A stretch of 64,000 nucleotides of DNA from Octopus vulgaris. Lineage: Eukaryota. Shown here piece after piece: positions 26,615 through 41,267 of the stretch (the stretch's first letter is position 1; every line of letters begins with the position of its first letter). The stretch is taken from the NCBI GenBank assembly GCA_951406725.2, contig OX597815.1:146134001-146198000 (forward strand), written 5' to 3'. Made by a program: the position numbers and the translations under genes. Below the pieces are notes generated by a model. That model was not told the origin of the DNA and searched no databases. It worked only from the letters and a program-made list of their open reading frames with translations.

Positions 26615-27550
26615 ACATCACATTGATTACACAATGCAGATTACATCACACTGATTGCATCCCCCTATCTCGCACTATTTGCATCATACTCAATACTACA
26701 CGTAGATTACATTGGCAGAGTTGACGTTACATAGATTACACCAACTAAATTACGTCATACATATCACTCAACTGTATTACATGGTATTCGTTGCTTGAAA
26801 GAGATTAGTATTTATACATTGCGTCACACGCAATACATCACATTTGTTCCCTCGCACAGATTACACGACATGTACTACATCACATGATTAACATTCTATA
26901 TTACGTCATATTACATAGCATGTATTGCATCACACAGTTTACAACACATAATTCACATTACACGTATCAGTGTACACTAGTAACATAAACGAGACTACAA
27001 CATACGTATTATGTTATGTATATACATGATGTTGGTTAATATTTCAGTACTTCATTACTTAGGTTAGCCATGAACACTAAGGCTGAATAGGTCGCAGTTT
27101 AACTTAGTTTACATGGCGTATAAGTAAAGGAGGTTACAACAATTTATCTCTGAATAGGACGCCGGTCCATCACAGGGTTAACTTCCCAGCTATTACTATA
27201 AATCATTTACATCTATGTGAACTGGAGCAACATGAAACGAAATTTGTTCCTCAAAAAAAGTACCCAACACGGTACCTAATTCTGGAATGCGAACCACGGT
27301 TTTATGACCATGAGACCAACAACCGTAGCTACTCAGCTACACATCTATATGACATTGGTTACAGCACAAAATTTACATCAGTCATATTTCACTACATACA
27401 CTACATCACAATCACCATATCATGTATGACACATCACAGATTACGTCCAACATTTCATATCATTGATAAAATTGCACTCGTTTCAGTACATCGCTTACAA
27501 CATCAAAATTATATCGCAGCGATACCATCACAGTGATTAGATCACACATT
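26615..27550. repeat. Old degenerate pentamer-like satellite (acatc/acatt/attac), interrupted by a SINE
   Basis: Recurrent attacatcaca-like words across 26615-27050 and 27350-27550. Confidence 0.5.
27065..27345 (-). mobile_element. Degenerate CORE-like SINE
   Basis: Minus-strand head agatgtgtagctgagtagct...gtggttcgcattccag; gtgaactggagcaacatgaaacgaaat CORE-like block; ggacgccggtccatcacagggttaac 3' block. Confidence 0.55.
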
Positions 27551-28028
27551 TTAGATAATAGAGTTTATTTCACTTAGCACAGTTCCGACAGATCCATGGG
27601 AATTAATTTACAAAAATATAAAAGGCAAATTCAAGGGATACTAATTTCTTAGCAGAAGAATCCAGTGGCATTCTGATGAGGTTACAATGACTTGGCTGAT
27701 TTTGTACCCAATTCCCCATTCTTTACTAATTATTGACACTTGCAAATTTTCTCTCACTTTGTTCTCACACACTCACTTAGCAAGAACGTGTCATATTAGT
27801 CTCAATGCGGTCACTAAAATTTACTTAGATCTATAAAATCTTCTAACAATCGAAATTAACGTTATTATATATTAATTAAGAGGACTTTATCCTGACTGCT
27901 ATTTATGATCAACTTCGTTAATAATTCTGTGCTTGTATTATATATTTTCTTTATTTTTATTCATATATCTAGCAATGTTGTTGGCGGAGGGTGAAATAAT
28001 ATGCTAGCTGATAGTAATAATGTAAAAG

Positions 28029-28065
<37 letters not shown>

Positions 28066-28068
<3 letters not shown>

Positions 28069-28202
28069 CGCAGAAGTGGCTGTGTGGTAAGTAGCTTGCT
28101 AACCAACCACATGGTTCCGGGTTCAGTCCCACTGCATGGCATCTTTGGCCGACCAATGCCTTGTGAGTGGATTTGGTAGACGGAAACTGAAAGAAGCCTG
28201 TC

Positions 28203-28258
<56 letters not shown>

Positions 28259-28405
28259 TGCGATTCGGCAAAAGTGACCGATAGAATAAGTACTGGGCTT
28301 ACAAACAATAAGTCTCGGGGTCGATTTGCTCGACTAAAGGCGGTGCTCCAGCATGGCCGCAGTCAAATGGCTGAAACAAGTAAAAGAGTAAAAGAGTAAA
28401 AAGAG

Positions 28406-28406
<1 letters not shown>
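28066..28406 (+). mobile_element. Major tRNA-derived SINE, near full-length reference copy
   Basis: Head ggcgcagaagtggctgtgtggtaagtagcttgct...gggttcagtccc (A- and B-box-like), internal (TA)n, tail aaggcggtgctccagcatggccgcagtcaaatggctgaaacaagtaaaagagtaaaagagt; inserted in (TA)n. Confidence 0.9.
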
Positions 28407-28437
<31 letters not shown>

Positions 28438-28459
28438 CATTTACATATATACATCAATA

Positions 28460-28666
28460 TGTGACCACGTGTGTATCATTGGTGATTTTTACCACCGTCT
28501 TCCCTTCCTTGGACTTTTATTTTCCTATGTTTCTGACGAAATCTCCGCTGGAAACGTTAAATCCTCCTCCTTTCTTTCCTTTCCTGAAAGTCCAATAACA
28601 CTATACTTGTTCCACGTCCTCGCGTTGTTGTGTTTTCTCTTTGTGTTTTCATGTTTGGATTAACTT
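28460..28666 (+). mobile_element. Short repeat with minimal hammerhead motif (28530-28561), Penelope-pLTR-like
   Basis: ttt-CTGACGA-aatctccgctg-GAAA-cgtt-aaa; stem II degenerate; pyrimidine-rich context between microsatellites. Confidence 0.55.
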
Positions 28667-28668
28667 TG

Positions 28669-28738
<70 letters not shown>

Positions 28739-28741
28739 CAC

Positions 28742-28785
<44 letters not shown>

Positions 28786-28936
28786 ACATATATAAATATG
28801 TATATTTATACGTATTATATATACATACACATATGCACATATACAGAGATATAGATATATACACATGTCCCACGTGTAATTTTTGTAGTATTTGATGTAT
28901 TTTCCATTTATGGAAATACTGGACGCCACGCATCCT

Positions 28937-28997
<61 letters not shown>

Positions 28998-30778
28998 TAG
29001 ATAGATATATAAATAGAATGATAGATAGATAGATAGATAGAAAGATAGATATAGATATTTATATATACACATACATACAAGTTTACGGTCATCTATGTTA
29101 AAATCACTGTTTGTCGTTCGATCACCAAAGTTAGACAGTGTCTAACAGTGTTAATGCATAAGTCTCTCTCTATATATATATAGAGAGAGAGATTGTGAAA
29201 CCTAGCCGCTGTAAACGCCTTTCGTTTTAATGTTGGTGCCTCAATATAACCGAATACCGTAAGGGGAAACAGAGCAAAACGTATAGAAATGTATACACAA
29301 ACACACACACACGCATACATACACACACATACACACAAACAGATTTACACATACAAATATAGATGAGTGCGTAACTTTATGTGTGTGTTCCTATGCTGTC
29401 AAATATTATGGATAGGTTGATATATAATTCTCATAGAAACGCGAACGCCCCGCTCGGAAATATGATGAATAAATAGACACCTGATATACTCTAATCCTAT
29501 ACAACAACATATTGTGTTAGTAGTATCTTGTATGTTTAAAATCCAAACCACACTTAATCATTGTGTGGCATACCAAGAAGCAGTACGTCTCTTGGTGTAG
29601 ATTGCTGTCCAAAGTAATTTACTGCTAAACGTGTGTGCAGCCCTGCTCGGTATGAAATCATTCATCCATTTTGTAGTTAGTCTTTTTCGCTTTGTGACTT
29701 ATATGTTTATTTACATATTTGTTGACATGTAACGAACACATCCAATGACACCACCCATGAATTCTAACTGGATGTTGTATTAATAATAAGATAACAATCC
29801 CTTTCTGAAAAAATGTAAAAGAAGCACTGAATACATGTTTAGCAGATACGTTACGTTTTTATTGCAACTTAAGCTGATAGTTCTTATAGCGATTCGATAT
29901 ACAATTAACAGGTATAAAAGTATATAAAGTGAGAGAGAGAGTGGGGAGAATGGGAGTCGAAAAGAGAGACTTACACACGTCTTTGCATTATAGACTTCAT
30001 ATCATACGAAATTTATTTTCTTGCAGAAGGACGGACATATATAATGTTCATATAAATATGAATATATATATGTTTAAATATGTATACTCAAAATAATTTT
30101 GTAGAATGAAAGGTGAGAAATATACTTTATATACGTAGTAGTCGTGGCAACACTGCAAAGACCTAATATATATTATATGGTATTTCTTTTGTTATACAAG
30201 CATCATAGAATAAGGTTCAATCACTTACAAGTGCACCAATGGACCTAGAATACTAATCTGTATATCTATAGTGTTCTGTCGCGATATCTCTTAAAATTTA
30301 TGAGTATACCAAATTCAGATTATGTACGTGTGTAGGAGATTGCATTATGATATGTAAAGGAAAAGCAAAATTTCAAAATTCATTATCCACATTGATAATA
30401 TCCGTTCTTATTTTCTAACACATTACAGAGTTTGTTACTAGAAAGGAAGATCTACATTCTTCTAAAAACGATTTTGTGATAATTTTGAAAATGTATTATA
30501 GGAATTTTTCATTTTTGGAAGCTATCATGTATGAGGCTCTGAGCTATGAGTTATTCTATGCATGCAATTATAAATAATATTTACGTGTGGCAAACGGGTG
30601 TCATGATTCACATGCTTAATCTGACAGATACATCTTCAGAAATACATAAGGAGTTTCTACACTCATATAATTGCTTATAGTAAAATAAATATGCAATGAA
30701 TTCTAAATATGTCTTCTTCAACTACGCATTACTGGATCATATGATCAAGCAAATACACACACACGCACACACACAAAC

Positions 30779-30861
<83 letters not shown>

Positions 30862-31059
30862 CATACACACATTACACACACACACATACATATATATACA
30901 CAGCGATAAGCACACTCACAAACTTACATACACATATAATATGCATTCACAAGCACACATACACACAAAATTACACACATAAACACCCACCGCGTATATT
31001 TGTGCGTTTACATGTATATTCGTGTGTACATCTACGATTTCTGAAAAGTGCTTTAAAAA

Positions 31060-31570
31060 AAGTGGACTTTTTCATTCCTCGTCAACCAATCCCCGCAGCA
31101 AAGTTGTCATTGTTGTGCTGTATCTGGTGACCTTCACTTTGAGCTTAAAGACATCTGCTCCAAGGCTGGATGACCTTTCACGAAAACAGAAGACAATCCT
31201 AGATGTGAAGAGGTTTGCTGTATTTGAGAATTTCGTCGCGATGCACTCCATTAAGAGTGGATTCTGTAAATGGTTGTACCGCTTGTACTTCAAATAAAAA
31301 AAGAACAGATTACACACTGACACTGAAATATTCGTGTTGCATCTCACGGGGGCTGAAAGAAAAAAGACGAACCTGAAGCAAATGCTTACTGTTAGATTGT
31401 TCGTTTTGGCGTTCACAAAGTTTGTTTAAAAATGTGTTTAGGGAAACAATGGCAAAATTATAAAACACGACCGTGCAGCAACTTATATAGCTTGGCGTCA
31501 AGATGCATATTGTAATTGATATCAAAAATAACCAGTGAGGTCCGTATATGAAGAGGTTAGGAAACTAACT
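31060..31570 (+). mobile_element. Possible hAT (Charlie-like) 3' relic
   Basis: Frameshifted SG.FS.LV...GDLHLSLKTSAPRLDDLSRKQ resembles hAT C-termini (ESGFS...GDLRL.L...P); end gaggtccgtatatgaagaggttagggaaacta resembles a Charlie-type terminus. Confidence 0.3.
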
Positions 31571-32939
31571 TAACGTAGATTAATCTACATTAAATTGTAA
31601 TTAAAGTCACGTCTTTGTTTTTTAAAATATTTTGCATTGTTAAGGACATTAAGAACAAAAGGCATTCACGTAGATATATCTCTCTATCATGGTAACGCGT
31701 GCCGAGGAAGGTGAGGCTATTTTGCCAATATAAAATCCGTCCACGTGAGTCCAAATACTTGAATGTATGCTCAGAGATTGTCTTAGCCCGTTTGACTTCG
31801 GACGGTTGATAACTGAAGTTATTATCAGTGTAATTTAAATAAGAGATTTAACTGTTATTTCTAGCAGGTAGACATACTTAATATGTATTTGATTAATTTT
31901 AGTATTTATATATTTATATATATATATATATATACACACACATGCCACACACAAACACCCCCCCACACACACACTGTGTATATATATACACGGTCCTAAT
32001 GCTTAAATAATTTAATATTTTCTATAATATGAAAAAAGAAATTGAGTATCAAATACTTTTAATATGAATATTATTGCATATTATTGGATACACTATATTT
32101 ATCATATGATAGGTAAATTCAATATCAATATTCCATGACTGCCTGCTGACATCATTTACCCTGATAACATATAGCATTATCCATTAGAAAGAAAATAAAA
32201 CTGCAGTAGATAAATAAATTTCAGATATATTTTGTGGTCGTTTTTGCTCGTTAATCAATTCTTGCGTTTACATTTTGAACAACAATTTTGGTTGTTTTTA
32301 ACAAAATTTTGATCAATAATCGTGGAGTAAACAAACTTGCTTGAGAGAGCAATCAGCATTTTCATAGTTTCTTACTGAAATATTTGCCCACTGACACACA
32401 AGTGCATAGATCAAATGTTCAGTTAGGAATATTCAAATCCAAACAGAGAAAGCATCATTTATCAATGTACGCGAGCACGTATGAATAACTCCAAATGCGG
32501 CTATGTTCGTGTACTCAAACATAGTGACGTATAAATGTATAGGCGCAAAGAAGACATTGTTTTGTACACACATGGAAGCCCACGTTTTTATGAACGCCAA
32601 GCAGAGACTCTTAGACAAATGCGCAAATACATTACCGCTCTATATGTGCGTTTGTATTAAAACATATATACTATACACATACACACGCATGTATAGTATC
32701 TATAAATATATACATACATACATACAAACATATATATATACACATAGACACCCCCACATATATACACACAAGTATATATCATATTATAATCGAAGATTCG
32801 TGTTCCATAAACACGAGATAAGGAAACCACAAGAAAGCTGAAGCATAAAAGTAACACATGTACACAAAATCATATACTCACATGCAGATTCAGGTTTATA
32901 TATATATATACATAGATACGCACAACCACACACCCACAA

Positions 32940-33024
<85 letters not shown>

Positions 33025-33522
33025 CATACAAGATTTACGCTAGCATGCATATATGCAATATGCACGTTACACGCCTCTGCACATTTGTAAGTTTATACTT
33101 TTTATACTTATCATATACACAGTGAATTTGCTAAAAGATTTAGTAAAATCCAGTGAAAATCTATTCTCAATTTTTAAATCACAGAAAACGAAATCTAGAT
33201 CCCTATCATCGATCATCTATAAATCCTACCCTCTTGACAAGATAATCTACAAATTGAATTGAGAGATGTATGGCAGAAACCCAAATACCAAGTCGAAAGT
33301 AAGACACATAGTATATCGTAAGGGTTTTAAGATAGCTGAATATTTCATTGTAACTTATGTAGGAGACGCAGCACAGAGTATCAGTGAAAGATTCATCACA
33401 ATTTTATCAATAATTCTTAAAAAACACCTGCACGCATATTTTAATATCATGTACAAGATACATAAGATGGTTAAAGCAAATGATTTTTCAATATAGATAT
33501 CACACCTATACTTGCTTGCAAT

Positions 33523-33559
<37 letters not shown>

Positions 33560-33598
33560 CGTGTGTGTGTGCAAGATTTACGCTAGTATGTATATATG

Positions 33599-33637
<39 letters not shown>

Positions 33638-33779
33638 AGATACTTATGTGAGTTCGTGTATTGGAGTATATTCTGTTGTGTCTAGGGAGAGTGATTCTCT
33701 TTTAGTGCCTTATAATTTAACACACACTCCGGTAAAATTTCCACTCATTTGCTTATTTATTTTTCTAAAATTTTCGTTG

Positions 33780-33930
33780 CGTCTGTCTTTACGTTCTGAG
33801 TTCAAATTCCGCCGATGTCGACTGTGCCTTTCATCCTTTCGGGATCGATAAATTAAGTACCAGTTGCGTACTGGCGTCGATATAATCGACTGCCCCCACC
33901 CCACCAAATTTCGGGACTTGTGCATAGAGT
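33780..33930 (+). mobile_element. Second SINE family copy
   Basis: ttctgagttcaaattccgccgatgtcgactgtgcctttcatcctttcgggatcgataaattaagtaccagttgcgtactgg (B-box plus central domain). Confidence 0.85.
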
Positions 33931-34019
33931 AGAAGAGAACATTGAACATTCAGTTGTTTGACCAACTGAATTAGCTACTCCTTAATTAAGGTGTAAGTGG
34001 CTGAATATCTCAGATAACT

Positions 34020-34216
34020 TTTATTTGTTTCGTTTATTACACTGCAGCCATACTTGGGAACAGGCTTGAGAAATTTTAGTCGAATGTATCGACCCTAGTA
34101 CCTATTTTTTTATGCTTGGTACTTATTCTATTGTTCTTTTGCCGAACCGCTAAGTAACAGGGACGTAAACAAACGAACACTGGTTGTCAATCGGTTTTGC
34201 AGGACAGACACAGACA
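34020..34216 (-). mobile_element. Major SINE, 3' half
   Basis: gccgaaccgctaagtaacagggacgtaaac and the tail modules match other copies. Confidence 0.7.
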
Positions 34217-34225
34217 TCGTTTCGC

Positions 34226-34480
34226 CTTATATATTGTCTCATATGGAAACTTAGTAGTGCCCTTTACATTGAGGAAACAAACCGACGTCTTGCTGATCAC
34301 TTCTGGGTGCATATTTGAAGCATACAAGTATACAAGCCAGGCCATCCTGTCGCTACCCACTTCAACACAATAGACTATTCCAATACTCAATTATCAATGA
34401 GCGGCATCGCCACACACCAGGGCCCACGCTCTCAAGGAGACGGAGAGAACAAACTTGATATTCGAACTTGAACCTTTTGA
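34226..34480 (+). pseudogene. Penelope-like element GIY-YIG endonuclease relic (second lineage)
   Basis: LIYCLIWKLSSALYIEETNRRLADHFWVHI*SIQ...HPVATHFN...; after a frameshift LSRRRREQ.LIFEL. This matches the PLE GIY-YIG pattern LIY..C..C...YIGET.R.L..RF.EH...VA.HF...RE..LI..L; followed by a pyrimidine-rich 3' region. Confidence 0.8.
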
Positions 34481-34895
34481 CATCTACTCTTCTTAGTTCC
34501 TTAAACCCTTTCTTATCCTTCAGCTCCCCTCTCACCTCAAAATTTCCCCTTTACCTCACTCTCGACTTTGCCTGTTCCTCCTCATCCTATTATTTTCTCT
34601 TCCCTCCTTCTGATACTGCTTCAACTGCCACTTCTCTGTCAAGTATGAAGCTTACGTAGTCCTGCGTTCCTTATCAGTTGCAGCCATTCTTTTTAACTTA
34701 TAAAGAATGTTAAACCCTGCAGCTTCATACTTCTTTTTATCTGTCTAAATTTTCGTTCAGAAGGGAATCTGTCTGAAATACTGAATTTCCAACTTCTCGC
34801 GGCATGCTCACTATTCTTTTTATCGATCTTATTACTTTAGAGGCCTCTTCGACTCTCTTTGTTCACATACACGTACATACACACATATATATATA

Positions 34896-34955
<60 letters not shown>

Positions 34956-36334
34956 ATATTTTATCAACAATATCTCATTAAGCTGTCTGGAATCGATATA
35001 TAATTCTGTTTCTTCAGCTTCAAAATCTATCTATCTATCTTTCAGTTGGCCTGTCTGTATGTTTGCTTGCCTCTCTCCCTCTCCACGCGTGCACACACCC
35101 AGACACACACACACACGCACACACACGCACACACACAGAGTGTAATCTCTTTGGTTGCCAATCACTTCCTGGACATTTGTATCAATGTTTCTTGCTTAGA
35201 TATTGTGAAATGTATGTGGAGGGTGTATGCGCGTATGTGTGACTGTGTGCTTGTACGCGTATTCGTGTTTAAATATGCATGTGCATATACATATATATCT
35301 GTGTGCATATGTGCGTGCGTGCATATGTGTGTATATATTATATACATATATACGTACATAGTTGCATAGATATGCGTAAGTGTATACATACATACGCATA
35401 TATATACACACTGCGCATATGCACATGCATATATGTACACACATATATGTGGGTATATTTGTGTATGCAGGTCGTGTGTGTATGTGTCTGAGCACGCGCA
35501 CACAAATCAGAATCATGGAGAATTGCGATACAAACATGTTGATCAAAACTTAATCACTCTATGTAAACTGTTTCTGATCCCAGAAAGAGGTCCTGACAAA
35601 TATTACTATTTTATGAATAAATTGGTTAAAATTTTGTAATAAAAACAAAACAATTTTTACAAAGCAATAAAATTAATAAATTTTCTCAACTGACTTCTCC
35701 GAGAAAATACTGAAGGAATGTAATTAAAGTTGTGTATCAGCAGCCATCTTTTTTGCATTGATATATATATTCTATTTTGTGTATCAGCTTATATGTATTG
35801 TAGTTATTGGAGTATACTTCTGTTTGATTATATCCAAACCAGTTTTCTAAGTTAGAGGTTGTTTTGTGTTTTTACAGATTGCGTTGTTTATATTTATCCA
35901 AATTATTGACAGTTTAAGAAAAGATAATAAGATATGAAAAAAGAAAAACTAATTACTTTTGCTGTTCACTCATTCATATGCATTTATATTGTTTTCTATT
36001 AATGCGTGTGTAATGAAAATGAGTCATAATTTGCAATGAAAAATATGATTAGTTCTATTTTAAGATAAAAAGTGCAAAGGCCAACCACTCCATTGGATAG
36101 TCATTTAATGGTTTGAATAAAAGACTAAGACTAGCTTGCATGGCCTTTCTGTAGGATTTCGGGGATTCATAGGGAAGAAGGAAAGAGGAAATATTTATTT
36201 CACCACCCCCTAAGTTATTCGCATTCCAGAAAAAATGTAACGGATTCTTAGTACAGAATGAACTCCGCTAAAGATATGCTAGACCGAAGTGGTGGATTTG
36301 AAAGGCGAACACTTTTACTTTACTTGATTACATC

Positions 36335-36645
36335 ACTCCCACTATTTGACTAGTCTTTTTTATTTTATATTGAGAGGATGAAAACAAAGTTGACATCGAC
36401 CGATGTTAAACTCAGAATATAAAGATCCGCAAAAAATGTTGCTAAGAATTTTACCTGGTGCAACAGCAATTGTGCTAGCTCGCAGAGTCCATAACGAGAA
36501 TGTTAATTCAAATCCCGCTGAAGTCGACGTTACCTTTCATCCTTTCGAATAAATAAGTACCAGTTACGCACTGGAGCCAACTAAGTCCCTTTGTCCTTGT
36601 TTCTCCCCTCTATATTTAGCCCCGTGTTGATAATGAAGAAATAAA
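36335..36645. mobile_element. Two divergent (head-to-head) copies of the second SINE family
   Basis: 36335-36485 on minus (ggatgaaaacaaagttgacatcg...ctcagaat...gctagctcgc) and 36500-36645 on plus (ttcaaatcccgctgaagtcgacgttacctttcatcctttcg). Confidence 0.65.
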
Positions 36646-36664
36646 TACGATTGAGAGTCTACGT

Positions 36665-36965
36665 CAGTGGTTCCCAAATTTTTTCGGACTGCCGCCTCCT
36701 TGAAATCCAGGCTACATTCCTAGCATCCCCGTCCCAACTAACCATCACAAACATAGACCTCTTTCTGAAGCAAATTCAAAGCAACTGTATTTCACAAATA
36801 AATCTAACAAAGCCATTATCTTGTTGTTTCTACATGAATTGCCACCCCATTATCGCCCCAATTTCATATGAATCGCTACTCCATCATTGCCCTACTTTTC
36901 TTCAGCGTCCCTTTGGAAAATTCCACTGCCCCAGGTGGCAGTACTGCCGTTTTTGAGAACCGCTG
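36665..36965. mobile_element. hAT (Charlie-type) MITE, 301 bp
   Basis: TIRs cagtggttcccaaa / tttgagaaccgctg; 8-bp TSD gtctacgt (36657-36664) / gtatacgt (36966-36973), 7 of 8 identical. Confidence 0.85.
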
Positions 36966-37872
36966 GTATACGTGAACTTAGATATAAAACCTAAAATGAT
37001 AAAATTAAATACCGCAAATTGTCTACTCCAGCGTTTCTAATTATGAGAAAATACACAATAATACAATTAATTCAGTAGGTATCATAAAATTTAGAATTTC
37101 TAATTAGCCAGATACATACTTAAGAAGGCAACGCAGTGTATATTTTAAAGCTGATTCACCGTTAAGTATTCTTACATATTTAATATTAATCTTTGTAAAT
37201 TCTTCGATATATCAGCTGAAAAGATAAAATAAATTGTGCTTAGTTCACTTAGAGAAATTTAAATATGAATCTGTGAAGCTAATTGAAATACAATAAGGTA
37301 TTATCAAATTAATTAGTTGTACATATGTAGCCAATTATTTAGAATGAATTTAATTAAAAAATTCAATTGAAATTGAGATAGGTAAATGAAATTCTTAATT
37401 CAGATATATAAATACTTTACATTACTCCGCCATCAATTCATTGAATTTACTGTTTGTCGCCGACATCTAATTAATTGCCGAGTACAAAGACACTTTAGTT
37501 ATTCACTTACTTTTAATTCACTTTGCTAAAAATCCTGTATTACTGTGAAAGGTATCGATCACATTTAAATAATTACTCTTTTCATTTCGGGTCTAATTTT
37601 CGATGAGGTAAAAATGTGGAAGCTATATATAAGTTCCTTCCTGAATATCGTATCACTATTATGCAGGATTTAATTAGATCCTTAACCGAATGCCGCATTT
37701 TCTCACCTACTGTATTTGCCACCCAATGTATACTTGGTTTTCTAACGTTGCTGGGAAGTATTCTTCCATGCGATATTTAAATATGATTAGCATTTAATTT
37801 AATTATTGAGTACACTTATACGAAAGCATATCGACATTTTCACCAGCTGTGTATGTATGTATGTATGTATGT

Positions 37873-38148
37873 CATTATTCAGTTTATTTCAAGATTTTTT
37901 GTCAATAGAGAAAGAACCAGTTTTTAACCTAGATCCAAGGTTCCCTCATTAGGATTTCAACATCAACAACAGGGTATTTTCGTATGTATGAATGTATGTG
38001 TGTATTTATGTATGCATTTATGTATGTATGTATTCATGTATGTATTTATATGTATGAATGTGCAGATTTGTATGTTTTGTATCTAGACATGCTCATATAT
38101 ATTTAAATGATAAACTTCTGGAAAGTTTTACGGATGTTTACAGTTCCT
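37873..38148 (-). mobile_element. Family A repeat, copy 4 plus downstream module
   Basis: Matches 316-601 including the intervening (TATG)n-like spacer. Confidence 0.75.
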
Positions 38149-39727
38149 TTTCATTATGCCTTCTACCATATTGTGGGATTTTATTCCTTTTTCCTCGGGA
38201 TTGTCTTTCTGACAGATTTCATTATACACACATTCATGCATACATACATAAGTGCATACATACATATATGCATACACACACATACTATGTGGCTTTCAAT
38301 GAGATACAAACACAAAAGCATTGTATTACAAGTAGTATTTAATCATTAGATTTATAAAATTTCCTATTTGCTTTGTGTCTCGTTAAGTTCAGTAATTAAA
38401 TTATTCAATTCTATGAATTCTCAAGGCATCGCTGGGATCGCGTGTGTTTAAATAAATAAGCATTTTCTTGATTTTTTTTTTATTTGTATAAAATACGTGC
38501 TTAGAACAGACAATCTCTTGCTAAACTCATTCAATATCGTTGCTATAATGCAAAAGTATCATAAGTCCAAAACGTTGCTTTTTCAAAAAATGAAATAATA
38601 GTTTCACCATTCCATAGCAAAACCGTTGTACTACACTGAAAATTTTTGATTTTTGTAGCAGCTGGAGATACGATAGTTTGTCCAAAACAACCGGCTATTG
38701 GAAGCAAAAATAAATATTGAAAAAAAAACGCATTTGGCCAAATTTGGACATACGTCTGTTTAACATAATAGCAATAATATGTAGTTTTAATTCTTGATAT
38801 ATTTAAATATTAGTGTCTATATGGAGGTTCGAAAATCCAGAATAAGTAAAGGAAGAAAGCAAATTAACATGTGATATTGCTGATTTTGTATCATGTTTCA
38901 ACTTACCGAGTTCAACATTTTGGTGGTCGATTGAAAAAGAAAAACAAAAACAAAAAACTGGCGAAGGCGTTAGATTATTTGGCTGGAAACCTTGCAGTAA
39001 TTTCTCTAGTTCTTTGCGTTATGGGTTGAAATCTCGGCAAGGCTTACATCGGTGGGGTACTAATCCTCATTGCCCTAATTAACACTAATACCTAGACTTT
39101 TCAAAACCTTTCTCAGGAGTCCTGTAAGGGTCATTGGCACTACCGGTTCTTCTGAATAAATGACATTCTAACATTTAACTTCCTGATTGATGTTATGACA
39201 TATACAGAGTCACCTGTAGTGGGACTAAAATGTAAGTTATGTCAGTAAGATGACTGACATATAGCAATAGAACTTTCGTCAGTTTCGACAAAGGCTATTG
39301 AGGTCTTCGGCCAACTCAAACGTTTATTTAGTACAATTAAACTGTGAGTGGTTGAGTATTCCAAAGGCGTGTTCTCTGGTAACATTATTCTCAGGTTTTA
39401 TCAAAGTGATGCGATTTGATATAGAAGGCATTAGAATGGGGCAGTCTATCAGCCGGGTTTCCACAGGGTGGTATTGAACATTGGAGCATATAATTCAAAA
39501 GCGTTTAAATTCACACGCGCGCTTCTTTCAGTCAACACCGGTTGTCAAGCGCTAGCGGGGGAGGGGGGACTCAAAAACACACATAGATACACCCACACTC
39601 TCTCTCTCTCTCTCGCATATATGTGTGTGTGTGTGTGATGCTATTCTGGTGTTTCGCCTCTGCACTCACAAGGCTATTACATACATACACATATACATAC
39701 ATACTTGAATGCATGCATACATACATG

Positions 39728-39777
<50 letters not shown>

Positions 39778-39924
39778 TTTACGCGCCTGCCTGTGCGCAT
39801 ATCTCACTAACATATACCTTTTGTTTCTTATGAATGATGCTTTAACGTAATATATCCTTATCTTTTTCACTAGACGTTTTCTTCAACAAAATCCCAAAAT
39901 GAATTTCAGATTTTGTCACAGCGA

Positions 39925-40100
39925 TAGCAATTTCGGGTGAAGGAGAAAGTCGATTACATCGATTCCAGTGCTCGGCTGCCACTTATTTTACCGACCCCGA
40001 AAGTCTGAAAAGTAAAGTTGACCTCAGAATAAATTGAACCAAGAATTCAAAGACTGATGAACGCATTTTGCCCTGCGTGCTAACAACTCTGCCAGTGCGC
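39925..40100 (-). mobile_element. Second SINE family, degraded copy
   Basis: aagtcgattacatcgattccagtg...ccgaccccgaaagtctgaaaagtaaagttgacctc...ctctgccagtgcgc. Confidence 0.7.
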
Positions 40101-40822
40101 TACAACATTAAATCATGTTATTACAATATTAATTAAGCTTTATCAGCAATTACTTTCTAATATTTTGTAATTCTTAATTCCTTTCTTTTGTTCCTTGCTG
40201 GTTCCGTCATCAGTTTTCTTAGATTCGATATTTAATATGTTAAAAAGAAAATGAATCCTAGTAATACACCGAAAACTACCTTCCATAACATCTTTCTTGA
40301 AAACAATGAAATGATCTCAGACAAAATCAATATTTTTCTTTCAAGATTCAGCAAGTAATACACGTTCTTCGTGTATTTTTTTTGTTTACTTAATATATTC
40401 TCATCAAAGCCACATACATTACATACTTCTTTTACAACAATCCCTTACAGACGCTTAAAAGTTTCGGACCAAATTAATCTAGCGAATAAAACCATTTTCA
40501 CTAAATTATTACTTGCAGAAATTCTGGGTGGTAGATAAATTTTCTTTCATGTCGATTTGCTTATAGAGGCTTGCTTTACAAATCTCCATTTAGATCAAAT
40601 TCAGAGTTAAGCTCCGTGCATGACCACAAAGTATTTAATCAAGCGAAGTTACTGACCTATTGTTCACGCAATTTCTATAATCATATTTCGTGGCGTTAAA
40701 GTCCAATATGATTGTTCTCTACTAAAGCACAAACTGTACCAACTTAACAGACAGTAACACTCCCGATTTTCGATATCAAATAGTTTGCTTCCTTTCTTTT
40801 CCTTTTCAAAGAATACACTCAC

Positions 40823-40891
<69 letters not shown>

Positions 40892-40910
40892 TAAAATATA
40901 TATATATATG

Positions 40911-40949
<39 letters not shown>

Positions 40950-40967
40950 GCATATATATATACATAC

Positions 40968-41004
<37 letters not shown>

Positions 41005-41063
41005 CATATACATATATATACATACATATACATATATACATACATATACATATATATACATAC

Positions 41064-41102
<39 letters not shown>

Positions 41103-41205
41103 TATACATATACATATATACATATATATACATACATATACATATATATATACATTTACATATATACATTTACATATATACATATTTGTCCATACACACA
41201 CACAT

Positions 41206-41267
<62 letters not shown>

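Noticed and set aside
29462-29484. C-box (atgatga) and D-box (ctga) pair
   Set aside because: Only about 23 nt in span with no terminal stem; too short for a C/D snoRNA
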